A DNA stretch of 27,166 bases, taken from NCBI GenBank assembly GCA_046758505.1, contig JBHIAH010000029.1, forward strand, positions 1 through 27,166. Reading direction: 5' to 3'. Below the pieces are notes generated by a model that did not search any database, was not told where the DNA came from, and worked only from the letters and a program-made list of their open reading frames with translations. This document shows, in pieces, positions 8,217 through 16,494 of this stretch. How positions within the stretch are numbered: position 1 is the stretch's first letter; every line of letters starts with the position of its first letter. This stretch comes from Candidatus Methylomirabilales bacterium (GTDB taxonomy: Bacteria; Methylomirabilota; Methylomirabilia; Methylomirabilales; CSP1-5). Position numbers and translations under genes: made by a program.

Positions 8217-9254
8217 ATGGCTGCAGATTCGTACCCGGTCTTTAAGGCGGCAGCGGTTCAGGCCGCCCCGGTATTCCTGGACCGTGAAGCGACGGTCGAG
8301 AAGGCCTGCCGCCTCATCGAGCACGCTGCCGAGCGGGGTGCAGCGCTGGTTGTCTTTCCGGAGGTGTTTATTCCGGCGTACCCCCTCTGGAGCTTTGTGT
8401 ACACACCGCTCGAAACCCATTCGTTCTTCCACCGGCTGTTTTGCAACTCCCTCCGGGTGCCGGGTCCCTTGACGGATAAACTGTGTGACGCTGCGCGGCG
8501 GGCGGGTGTCTACGTGTCGATGGGGATCAACGAGAAAACGGATGTCAGCATGGGCGCGATCTGGAACACCAATGTGTTTATCGACCGGAGGGGCACGATC
8601 CTGTCTCGTCATCGCAAGCTGGTCCCCACGTGGGTGGAAAAGCTGACCTGGGCAAACGGTGATGCGGCGGGACTCCGAGTCGTCAAGACCGACATCGGGC
8701 AGATCGGCGTATCGATTTGCGGGGAAAATACGAATCCGCTCGCGCGCTTTTCATTGCTGGCGCAGGGAGAGCAGGTGCACATTTCAACGTATCCTCCCGC
8801 ATTTCCATCGCGTCCGCCTGGCGATGCGGCGAGTTTCAATCTCGGCGATGCCATTCGCATCCGATCTGCGGCGCACTCCTTCGAGGGGAAGGTGTTCAAC
8901 ATCGTCGCGGCAAGTGTGCTGGATGACCGAACGATTGAAGAGGTCTGCCTGGGTGACGAGAAGCGGGCAGAGGTCCTCAGGAAGGCCCCGAAGCCGGTCT
9001 CGATCGTTGTGAACCCGAACGGCGAACTGGTCGGTGGGCCGATCGAAGGGGAAGGCATGATCATCGCCGATGTTGATATCAACGAGAGCATCGAGTGGAA
9101 ACAGATCCATGACGTTGTCGGGTATTACAACCGGTTTGACATCTTTTCCTTGAGACTCGACCAGCGTCCCCAGCGTCCCATCGAGGTGATCACCGGAACG
9201 CCGGATGTGCCGGAGGAGAGGCAGGGAGATCCCGAGAGGACCGGTCTGGGCTGA
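8217..9254 (+). CDS. nitrilase (carbon-nitrogen hydrolase family)
   Basis: Glu-Lys-Cys triad (VVFPEVF, RHRKLVPT, ICGEN), C-terminal DVVGYYNRFDIF and SD GGAGG. Confidence 0.93.
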   Translation: MAADSYPVFKAAAVQAAPVFLDREATVEKACRLIEHAAERGAALVVFPEVFIPAYPLWSFVYTPLETHSFFHRLFCNSLRVPGPLTDKLCDAARRAGVYVSMGINEKTDVSMGAIWNTNVFIDRRGTILSRHRKLVPTWVEKLTWANGDAAGLRVVKTDIGQIGVSICGENTNPLARFSLLAQGEQVHISTYPPAFPSRPPGDAASFNLGDAIRIRSAAHSFEGKVFNIVAASVLDDRTIEEVCLGDEKRAEVLRKAPKPVSIVVNPNGELVGGPIEGEGMIIADVDINESIEWKQIHDVVGYYNRFDIFSLRLDQRPQRPIEVITGTPDVPEERQGDPERTGLG

Positions 9255-9350
9255 AAACGCTGGTGACACGTCAGGGGTGCGGAGCTCCCTGCCCGTCCGG
9301 TTTTTCGCTTCCGCACTCATGGTCTTGACATCGGCGATCGCTGTCTACGG

Positions 9351-9367
9351 TTGGCATCGCGCTTGCA
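9351..9367 (+). promoter_or_regulatory. sigma-54 promoter of the LPPGL-repeat lipoprotein
   Basis: TTGGCATCGCGCTTGCA is a near-consensus TGGCA-N-TTGCA with GG-N10-GC. Confidence 0.8.
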
Positions 9368-9467
9368 AACTCCTCATGGGTGGCGGGACCGAAAGCTGGA
9401 ACCCCCTTTAGCCTCCCTCCGTCAGGAGACGGACTGGCTGAGGGGAGTTGAGGAGAAGGGGATCGAG

Positions 9468-9887
9468 ATGCGGAAGAGGATTTTACAAGGCGTGACCTGG
9501 GTGGTGGGTGCTTTGCTCCTGGTAGCCGTGGGGTGTGCGACGTACCCGAGCACATCAGGCAGAGTGGTCGTCCAGGACAGAAACGCACGGGTAGCGGTCG
9601 TGTTCACGGACCGGGATCGTCGCCTCATCCGGGACTATTACCATCGTCGTCGTCTCCCCCCCGGCCTGGCCAAGCGATCCTCCCTCCCGCCTGGGTTGCA
9701 GAAGCAGGTCCAGCGCCGTGGACACCTTCCGCCGGGACTCCGGGGAAAGGGCCTGCCGGACGAGCTGGAAGTCAAGCTGTCGCGCTTACCCGAAGGCTAC
9801 GTGCGGCTGCGGGTCGGAGTTGACGTTGTGCTCATGAATACGCGCACGCGCGTGATTGTGGATGTCGTCAAAGATATCGGCGGCTGA
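9468..9887 (+). CDS. lipoprotein with LPPGL repeats (RcnB/CigR-like)
   Basis: ATG 9468 follows a purine-rich SD. Signal peptide ends in ...LLLVAVG|C. Three LPPGL motifs precede LPEGYVRLRVGVDVVLM. Confidence 0.75.
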   Translation: MRKRILQGVTWVVGALLLVAVGCATYPSTSGRVVVQDRNARVAVVFTDRDRRLIRDYYHRRRLPPGLAKRSSLPPGLQKQVQRRGHLPPGLRGKGLPDELEVKLSRLPEGYVRLRVGVDVVLMNTRTRVIVDVVKDIGG

Positions 9888-10124
9888 TCCCTCGGCCTCG
9901 TAAAGCGATCTGATATTCCAGGAACCTCCTCCCAATCCGGTCTCCTTCTGGTTATTGGCTCTTCCGTCCCCTATTCCCTGCCAAATAATCACCGTTGACC
10001 TTTTACAGCCGATGACCTAGTCCGCTGGAGGGCGAAAAAGGGATCGGTCCGAATAGCGGCATGGTGTATGGTTAGCTTGGGCGAAGGCGCAGCCGGCTCA
10101 CCAGCAAGGGGAGAGGAGAAGGTC

Positions 10125-10925
10125 ATGGAGGAACTGAAGCGGGCCTACACAACGCTTATGGAGCATCTGCTGCTCCAGAGCCATCCGATTGCGATCAAGA
10201 TGCTCGCGGAGGGGGAGCCGATTCCGGAGAAGGCCCGGCGTCCCTTGCGGGATATGGGACGCCGCTTTTCCACCTGCCAAGGCTACAACATGGTGCGCCG
10301 CTATGGATGGACCGTCGCGATGACGAAGGAAGACATGCAGTGCGCGTTGGGGGTGCTCGTCCTCGGATTCGACAAACCCCTTCCCGTCTATACCGCGGGA
10401 AACCTCTGTGAGGGGATGTATACGGCCACCGCAGAGGCCGGGGCGAGGTCCGAAGCGGCGGTGGATCGGCACGAGGCGGGCCGCTTCCGGACGATCCTGA
10501 TGGCGCCACTGCACAAGGCTACCTTCATCCCGGAGGTCATCTGCCTCTACGGCAACTCCGCCCAGATCATGCGCCTCGTCCAGGCCGCCCTCTGGCACCG
10601 GGGTGGAAAGCTTACCTCTTCTTTTGGCGGCCGCCTGGACTGCGCCGACCTCATCGTGACGCCGGTCAAGATCGGGGAGTGTAACGTGATCCTGCCGTGC
10701 TCCGGCGATCGGATCTTCGCCCAGGTGCAGGATGACGAGATGGCCTTCGCCATCCCGCACAGTCGCCTCGATGAGGTGCTGGAAGGGCTTCGAGAGACCC
10801 ACAAGGCCGGCCATCGCTACCCGACCCCCTCGTATCTTCGCTACGAGGCGACGTTCCCCGAGAAATACATGGCCCTCTTTCCCCTGTGGGAGGCAGAAGG
10901 GAAGCAGTCCGATCAGGGCGCCTGA
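10125..10925 (+). CDS. DUF169 family protein
   Basis: PIAIK, STCQ, DMQCALG, PEVICLYGNSAQIMRL, CAD, LPCSGDR and DDEMAFAIP pattern. SD GAGGAG precedes ATG 10125. Confidence 0.85.
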   Translation: MEELKRAYTTLMEHLLLQSHPIAIKMLAEGEPIPEKARRPLRDMGRRFSTCQGYNMVRRYGWTVAMTKEDMQCALGVLVLGFDKPLPVYTAGNLCEGMYTATAEAGARSEAAVDRHEAGRFRTILMAPLHKATFIPEVICLYGNSAQIMRLVQAALWHRGGKLTSSFGGRLDCADLIVTPVKIGECNVILPCSGDRIFAQVQDDEMAFAIPHSRLDEVLEGLRETHKAGHRYPTPSYLRYEATFPEKYMALFPLWEAEGKQSDQGA

Positions 10926-10934
10926 GGCCGGAGA

Positions 10935-11729
10935 CTACAGGAACAGACGCATGCCGTCGTAGGCCACCTCGTCCGGGATGTCCGCGGCGCGGGCGAGGGC
11001 GTCGGTGTGCAGGTGGGTAAGGAGGAGGCGCTTGCAGTTCAGCGCGGACCGGTGTGTCTGGATATCCTGGTAGCTCATGTGAAATCGGACCGTCCGGTCA
11101 TATCGGTAGGATTCGCAGATAAAGAGGTCGCAGCCCTCCGAGAGCGCAATGAGGTTGTCCGTCCACTCAGTGTCCCCCGAATAGCCCAGGACCTTTCCCC
11201 CTGTCTTGACCTTGTACCCGTAGGCGACCTCCCGGTGGAGATGTACGACCTCAAGTGGGAAGACCTCGAGGGGCCCGATTCGCGTCCAGCTCTTTGGCTC
11301 GAGTTCGAGGTACTGAACGGGAAATCGCCGTTCCACCATCTGCTGGGTCTCTTTGTACATGAGTCCCCACAGCCCTTCCACCCGCTCTTCGATGCCCGGA
11401 GGGCCTGCGATGACCAGGGGTGCCTGTCGCCGACTGAGGAACTGATATTGGAGGAAGAGGAACGGAATGCCCGCCGTGTGATCCCCATGGAGGTGGCTGA
11501 TGAGTATGGCGCCGATCGCCTCCGGGTCCAGATCAAGCCGCTTCAACGCCATGAGGGTCGTGGCGCCGCAGTCCAGGAGAAAGGCCCAGGAAGAGAGATG
11601 TACCAGGAAGGCCGGTTGATTCCGACCCCCGCTGCCGAAGGCGTCCCCCGCCCCCAGGACGATGAGCTCCACTCCCCCTTCACGCACCGCCCCGCGACCC
11701 ACTGGTTCACCCCTTTCATTTGCTGCCAT
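10935..11729 (-). CDS. MBL-fold metallo-hydrolase (RNase Z-like subgroup)
   Basis: LGAGDAFGSGGR, LLDCG, SHLHGDH, YSGDT and LLTH. Confidence 0.9.
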   Translation of the reverse strand: MAANERGEPVGRGAVREGGVELIVLGAGDAFGSGGRNQPAFLVHLSSWAFLLDCGATTLMALKRLDLDPEAIGAILISHLHGDHTAGIPFLFLQYQFLSRRQAPLVIAGPPGIEERVEGLWGLMYKETQQMVERRFPVQYLELEPKSWTRIGPLEVFPLEVVHLHREVAYGYKVKTGGKVLGYSGDTEWTDNLIALSEGCDLFICESYRYDRTVRFHMSYQDIQTHRSALNCKRLLLTHLHTDALARAADIPDEVAYDGMRLFL

Positions 11730-11743
11730 TCCTCCCCCCCTGT

Positions 11744-11911
11744 GACAGCAGCAAGCAGTCAGCGGTCAGCACCTCACAGCATGCAGCAGCCAGCTATCAG
11801 CAATCAACGTATCTCGAAATGTCGATTTCGGATTTCGAATGTTAAAATTCAGGGACTTTCCCACAAAATTCCAAATCCGAAATACGTGACGCTGACTGCC
11901 GACAGCTGGTC
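11744..11911. repeat. nested inverted heptamer arrays
   Basis: Outer NNCAGCN units (11744-11809) face GCTGACT/GCCGACA/GCTGGTC (11891-11911). Inner ATTTCGR units (11811-11845) face TCCAAAT CCGAAAT (11870-11883). Confidence 0.7.
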
Positions 11912-11921
11912 GCCGCCGGCC

Positions 11922-12935
11922 TTAGGCCGGCGTCAGGACGGCCCGGAATCGCACGCGGTCATCCTTGATTCGCTGGAAGACCTCAGCAGTCTGCTCCAAG
12001 GGATACGTCTCGATCATCGGTCGAATGGTGTGCCTGGCCGAGAATGCCAGGCAATCCCGCAGGTCCTTTCGGGAACCGGCCGGCGACCCGATGATCTTCC
12101 GTCTTCCCGAAATCATGACGTCTGGACTGACACTGAAGGAGCCGGGGGCGGCCCCCAGGATCATCAGGGTTCCATCGGGGGCGAGGCCGCCCAGGACCTC
12201 CCCCATCTGCTCGGTCGCGATGGTGGGGGCAAGGATGACGTCTGCGCCCCCGAGGTCTTGGAGGGCCTGGGCCACCTTGCCCTGTTCCGCGTTGATCAGA
12301 TGATGCGCACCGAGGCGCTGTGCGAGGGTGAGTTTTTCATCCTTGCGGCTGATCGCGATCACCTCGCATCCCATCGCGCGGGCGTAGAGCACCCCGAGAT
12401 GCCCCAATCCGCCGATTCCGAAGACCGCCACGCGTTGGCCAGCCGTGGTGTGGGCGTTTCGAAGGCCGGAAAAGCTGGTGACGCCGGCACAGAAGAGCGG
12501 GGCGGCGTCAACGAAGCTGAGCGTCTCGGGGAACACGGTCACGTAGTCGGCCGGAGCCTTCAGGTACTCTGCGTAGCCTCCCGGGACGGTCACCCCGGTT
12601 CCTTGGAGGGCGGCGCACAGGATCTCCTCCCCCCGGAGGCATTCTCGGCAGCGGCCGCAGGTAGCGTAGAGCCAGGGCATGCCGACCTTCGCCCCGCGCT
12701 GGAGGTGGTCGACCTCTTTCCCGATTTCCTCGACCACTCCGGCCACCTCGTGGCCGAGGATCAGCGGAAACTTGATTATGTCCCACTCCCAATCGCCGTT
12801 GGCCAGGTGGAGGTCACTGTGGCAGACCCCGCACGCCCTCACCTTGATCAGGACGTCCCTCGGTCCGATCGTCGGCTGCGACATCTCCCGGACTGCCGGC
12901 GTCGCCTTCGGCCTCTCCACGACCACCGCCTTCAC
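11922..12935 (-). CDS. zinc-dependent alcohol dehydrogenase (AdhP-like)
   Basis: CGVCHSD, GHE, structural Zn site CGRCRECLRGEEILC, PLFCAGVT and GIGGLG. Confidence 0.93.
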   Translation of the reverse strand: MKAVVVERPKATPAVREMSQPTIGPRDVLIKVRACGVCHSDLHLANGDWEWDIIKFPLILGHEVAGVVEEIGKEVDHLQRGAKVGMPWLYATCGRCRECLRGEEILCAALQGTGVTVPGGYAEYLKAPADYVTVFPETLSFVDAAPLFCAGVTSFSGLRNAHTTAGQRVAVFGIGGLGHLGVLYARAMGCEVIAISRKDEKLTLAQRLGAHHLINAEQGKVAQALQDLGGADVILAPTIATEQMGEVLGGLAPDGTLMILGAAPGSFSVSPDVMISGRRKIIGSPAGSRKDLRDCLAFSARHTIRPMIETYPLEQTAEVFQRIKDDRVRFRAVLTPA

Positions 12936-12946
12936 GGAGTCCTCCT

Positions 12947-13441
12947 TCAGGGACGGGGGCTGAGAATCATCCAGGTGCCGAGTCCGTGGGCCACGACGCG
13001 CCCCTCGTGATCGAGGATATCGCCTTCCCCGACGACGAGATGTTTCCCTTGCCGGATGACGCGCCCGCGTCCGGTCAGCATGCCGGTTACTGCCGCTTCG
13101 AGGAAGTTAATCTTGAGCTCGGCGGTGACGACCTTCGCCCCTTCCCCCAGGCTGTTATAGGCCGCCCACCCAATCGCCTCATCCATGAGGGTCGAGATCA
13201 CGCCACCATGCACGACCCCGCCGCGGTTGAGCAGAAAGGGCTTGACCGGGATGCGGACCTCGGTCTGGCCGGCTTCCCCCTGGACGACCTCTTCGCCGAT
13301 GAGGTCCCGATAGTGGGGACGCTTCTGCTTTGTCCGGGCGGCTGCCATCCGCTCAGCCAGAGACAAAAGTTCAGCCCGTGCCTCCTCTCCGAGGGATCGA
13401 AAACGCCCCACGAGATGCTGCTCCTCGGTTGTCAGATCCAC
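12947..13441 (-). CDS. PaaI family hotdog-fold thioesterase
   Basis: LLNRGGVVHGGVISTLMDEAIG and VTAELKINFL. Confidence 0.88.
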   Translation of the reverse strand: MDLTTEEQHLVGRFRSLGEEARAELLSLAERMAAARTKQKRPHYRDLIGEEVVQGEAGQTEVRIPVKPFLLNRGGVVHGGVISTLMDEAIGWAAYNSLGEGAKVVTAELKINFLEAAVTGMLTGRGRVIRQGKHLVVGEGDILDHEGRVVAHGLGTWMILSPRP

Positions 13442-13453
13442 CGGCGACTCCTT

Positions 13454-14560
13454 TCAGATCCTTGTGTTGAATTTTCCCGCGTATCCGGTGAGCTCCACGT
13501 ATCCTTGACCCGTGATGGCCGTTCCCTGGTACGTTCCGCTCACGGCGACACTCCCCTCCCAGTAGATGACCTGGGTGCTCTTTCGAGTATCCAGTTCCTG
13601 GTCGGGGAAACTCGGGGTCACCGTGAGGAAGACGTGGTGGCGTGGGATCCGGATTTCCCATCCCATCGGGTAGGTCGCCTTGCTCCGGGGACTCTTCCAC
13701 GTTCCGGTCTGCCGAATGTCCACCTGTGAAAGGATCAGGGGGAGGGAGGTACCGTCCGGCAGAATCAGCGTCCCACTGGAGTGGGGGTCGGGGTGTCCTC
13801 CCTTCTGGCGCATCACGTAGAACATCAATTCGACGTCCTGATCGAGCTGCAGCCCGAACCAATCCCAGCCCTCGTGATCTTCACGCAACTGGTTGCTGCC
13901 AAACTCATGGTCCATCCAGCTCCAGCCGTGGACCTCCCCCGCCCGGCCGTTCACGGTCATCGTCCCGGCGGTCTGGAGACGGGTCAGGGAGTAGTAGTGC
14001 GAGGCGTAACCTGCACCCTCTCCCTTCTGACTCACCCCCCCTTTGCCGTGGATCACCGGGGGCTTGACGGGGGTCAGGGTGAGGTCCACGGCGTACGTGT
14101 CGTCCTTGGCCCGGAGGCGATGGGTATCCCCGTCCCCGTCGAGGCGCCAATCGCCGTTCCAGACCCTCAGGGCCGTGGTGCTGGCGCCGGCGGTCCCCAG
14201 TGCGGCCCGATTGAGCCGGTCAGTGAAGTGGAAGCGTTGGCGGTTCAGATCCGAGATGGCGAAGTGAGCCAGAAAAAGATCACGCACCGTCCAGCGGGAG
14301 GGATTGGCCACACTCCGTCCCTCTGCGGTGCCTGCCCGGAAGAAGGTGACCTGGTAGCCGTATCGCCGTCCATCGGATGTTCGGAGGTGTCCAGTATAGT
14401 ACCACCACTCGGTCTTGAAACCGGGATGGCTGAAGTGGTCCCGGGGAAATTGAAACGCGTAGCCGGGCAGGGCCCGGCGATATTCCCGGGCCTCGGCCCC
14501 GACCAAGAGACCCAGCAGAAGCAGGACGGGCAACCAGCTGGGCTTGCGCAGGGAAAACAT
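13454..14560 (-). CDS. AttH-like secreted lipocalin-fold / CrtC-like hydrolase
   Basis: Signal peptide, FPRDHFSHPGFKTEWWYYTGHL, SWMDHEF, GWDWFGLQL, YWEG and GYVELTGY. Confidence 0.9.
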   Translation of the reverse strand: MFSLRKPSWLPVLLLLGLLVGAEAREYRRALPGYAFQFPRDHFSHPGFKTEWWYYTGHLRTSDGRRYGYQVTFFRAGTAEGRSVANPSRWTVRDLFLAHFAISDLNRQRFHFTDRLNRAALGTAGASTTALRVWNGDWRLDGDGDTHRLRAKDDTYAVDLTLTPVKPPVIHGKGGVSQKGEGAGYASHYYSLTRLQTAGTMTVNGRAGEVHGWSWMDHEFGSNQLREDHEGWDWFGLQLDQDVELMFYVMRQKGGHPDPHSSGTLILPDGTSLPLILSQVDIRQTGTWKSPRSKATYPMGWEIRIPRHHVFLTVTPSFPDQELDTRKSTQVIYWEGSVAVSGTYQGTAITGQGYVELTGYAGKFNTRI

Positions 14561-14569
14561 CTTGGGGTG

Positions 14570-14598
14570 AATCTAGAGCAAGGCGGGGCCGGTGTCAA
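14570..14598 (-). promoter_or_regulatory. sigma-70-type promoter of the attH-like gene (near-leaderless)
   Basis: Minus strand TTGACA-N17-TAGATT, with the ATG 9 nt downstream and no SD. Confidence 0.65.
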
Positions 14599-14802
14599 GG
14601 CAATGTCCGGTCCCCCGCGATGTCGGTCGATCCGGACCGTGCGACTCTTACCTGTGCCGTTCGTGCCGCCGTATGCGGTCAAGGAAGGGCAGGCGGCCTC
14701 GGGCGTTCTATTGACCGAGCGATGGACGGGTGCTACCGTAGGCACGGCTGGCCGCTGCCCACCCCGGGGGCGCGCGTGGCCGGGCACCCGTGACGGATCC
14801 GG

Positions 14803-14831
14803 GCAACTCTTGAGCGGCGAGAGTGTCTAAC
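14803..14831 (+). promoter_or_regulatory. ECF sigma promoter (autoregulatory)
   Basis: GCAAC-N17-GTCTAAC, the same architecture as 16422-16450. Confidence 0.65.
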
Positions 14832-14840
14832 TCTGTAAAG

Positions 14841-15449
14841 ATGGCCGCACGTTCCTCTTCTGGTGGGGTCCCCGAGGGCCGGGATCCGGATCACGCCCTG
14901 GTGGATCGTGTCTTGGCAGGGGACCAGGAAGCCTTTACCCGGCTGATCGAGAGACACCAGCGGCGAGTCCTCAACTTCATGTATCGGATGGTCGGGGAGC
15001 GCGAGGCGGCGGAAGATCTCACGCAGGAGGTCTTTCTCAAGGTCTACGAGGCCTTGCCCCGATTTCGAAAGGCGGCGGCCTTCTCCACCTGGCTGTTCCG
15101 CATCGCCCACAACCACTGCCTCAATGCCCTCAGGGGGAAGGGACGTGAGATTCCGGTGACCGCGCTCGAGAACGATCCGTCGAATGCCAATCCGATTGCG
15201 AGGCTTGCGGACCCCGCTGCGTCTCCCGAAGGGACCCTCGAACAACGGGAGCTCTCTGCGGTGGTTCAGGAGAAACTCGGCGAGCTCACGCCCGACCACC
15301 GGGCAGTATTGGTCTTGCGAGATATCCAGGGGCTCTCCTACGACGACGTTGCCTCGACCCTCAACCTCGAGGGGGGGACCGTCCGATCGCGGATTCATCG
15401 AGCCCGGATGGAGCTGAAAGAGAAACTCCGGGACTATCTGGAGGCGTGA
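14841..15449 (+). CDS. ECF (RpoE/SigW-like) sigma-70 factor
   Basis: Region 2 (AEDLTQEVFLKVY, FSTWLFRIAHN) and region 4 (GLSYDDVA...GTVRSRIHRAR). ATG 14841 is preferred because GTG 14823 overlaps the -10 box. Confidence 0.93.
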   Translation: MAARSSSGGVPEGRDPDHALVDRVLAGDQEAFTRLIERHQRRVLNFMYRMVGEREAAEDLTQEVFLKVYEALPRFRKAAAFSTWLFRIAHNHCLNALRGKGREIPVTALENDPSNANPIARLADPAASPEGTLEQRELSAVVQEKLGELTPDHRAVLVLRDIQGLSYDDVASTLNLEGGTVRSRIHRARMELKEKLRDYLEA

Positions 15450-16291
15450 TGCGGTGCGAGGACATTCAGGGGCGCCTTTCGGCCTACCTCGAGGACGAGC
15501 TCGAACCCGCGGCGCGACGGGCGGTCGAAGACCATGTGCAGAAATGTACCGGGTGCCGCACGGAGCTCACGCTGCTCCGGCAGACCGTTTCTGCCCTCCA
15601 ATCCCTGGAGGAGATCGACGTGCCGCCCCGGCTTACCGCGGCAATCCAGGCCGGCGTCAGCGCCCGGGGGCATTCGAGGTGGCGGAAGGTTGCCTCCCGG
15701 GTCTTTTTCCCCCTCCACATCAAACTCCCCCTGGAGGCCGTGGCCGTCCTCCTCATTAGCCTCGGGGCCGTGTATCTCTTCCGCTCGACTCCGGAACTCA
15801 CGCGTGGGCCTCAGCCTCCTGCCGTGACCGAAAAGACCCGTGTGGATCGGCGCAACGCTCCCTCGGCACGAGGGCGGAGCCTTGAGGAGGAGGTCGCTCC
15901 ACGCAAGCAATCTGCCGCAAAACCCCGGGCGCGCCTCGAGGCCCAGGAAGAGGGAAAAGCTCCCGGGGAGAGGGATGCGGTCGCCCGGGCCCTGCGGAAA
16001 GAAGCCCCGGCCGCTGCCGGGGGAGTGATTCCTTTGCCCGAGGTGACCCTCAGGACGGAAAATCCCTTACGGGCGACTGCCCGGATCGCCAAGATCGCGG
16101 AAGGCTTGGGGGGCAGGCTTCTGGAAGTGCGGGACAAGGATCAGATCATCCTCGCGATCCCGGCCCGGGCATACGGTCGGTTTTTGACTGCGCTCCGGGA
16201 ACTGGGTGAACCGATGCATCCTCCGGCAGAGCCCCCCTCCCCCCCTTCTCCACAGGGGACCGTGACCTTCTCCCTTCGCCTGATCCCGTAA
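15446..16291 (+). CDS. zf-HC2 (ZAS) anti-sigma factor with a TM helix, DUF2275-like
   Basis: LSAYLEDEL...HVQKCTGC (HxxxCxxC) and FFPLHIKLPLEAVAVLLISLGAVYLF TM segment. The start overlaps the sigma stop codon. Confidence 0.88.
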   Translation: MMRCEDIQGRLSAYLEDELEPAARRAVEDHVQKCTGCRTELTLLRQTVSALQSLEEIDVPPRLTAAIQAGVSARGHSRWRKVASRVFFPLHIKLPLEAVAVLLISLGAVYLFRSTPELTRGPQPPAVTEKTRVDRRNAPSARGRSLEEEVAPRKQSAAKPRARLEAQEEGKAPGERDAVARALRKEAPAAAGGVIPLPEVTLRTENPLRATARIAKIAEGLGGRLLEVRDKDQIILAIPARAYGRFLTALRELGEPMHPPAEPPSPPSPQGTVTFSLRLIP

Positions 16292-16421
16292 TCCTTCGAT
16301 TCATACGTGCGATGACGAACGTATTCAGACTTCGCCCTCGGGCGGGGTGAGCACACGTGGTCATCACCCTTGGAGGAATACGTCACAGTGTTTGCGCACC
16401 GAAGCACTCGGTACCCCCCGG

Positions 16422-16450
16422 GGAACTTTTTGCCCGCCTTCTTGTCCAAC
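16422..16450 (+). promoter_or_regulatory. ECF sigma promoter of the DUF4139 gene
   Basis: GGAAC-N17-GTCCAAC, RpoE-like. Confidence 0.7.
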
Positions 16451-16494
16451 AGGGTGTCGGCACCCTTTTCGACAACCCGGACAAGGAGGTATCC

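Noticed and set aside
9351..16494. ORF-track starts at 9351, 10068, 14823 and 16357
   Set aside because: Three overlap or precede predicted promoter boxes (9351, 14823, 16357). Downstream ATGs at 9468, 10125, 14841 and 16495 fit the SD, signal peptide or domain start better.
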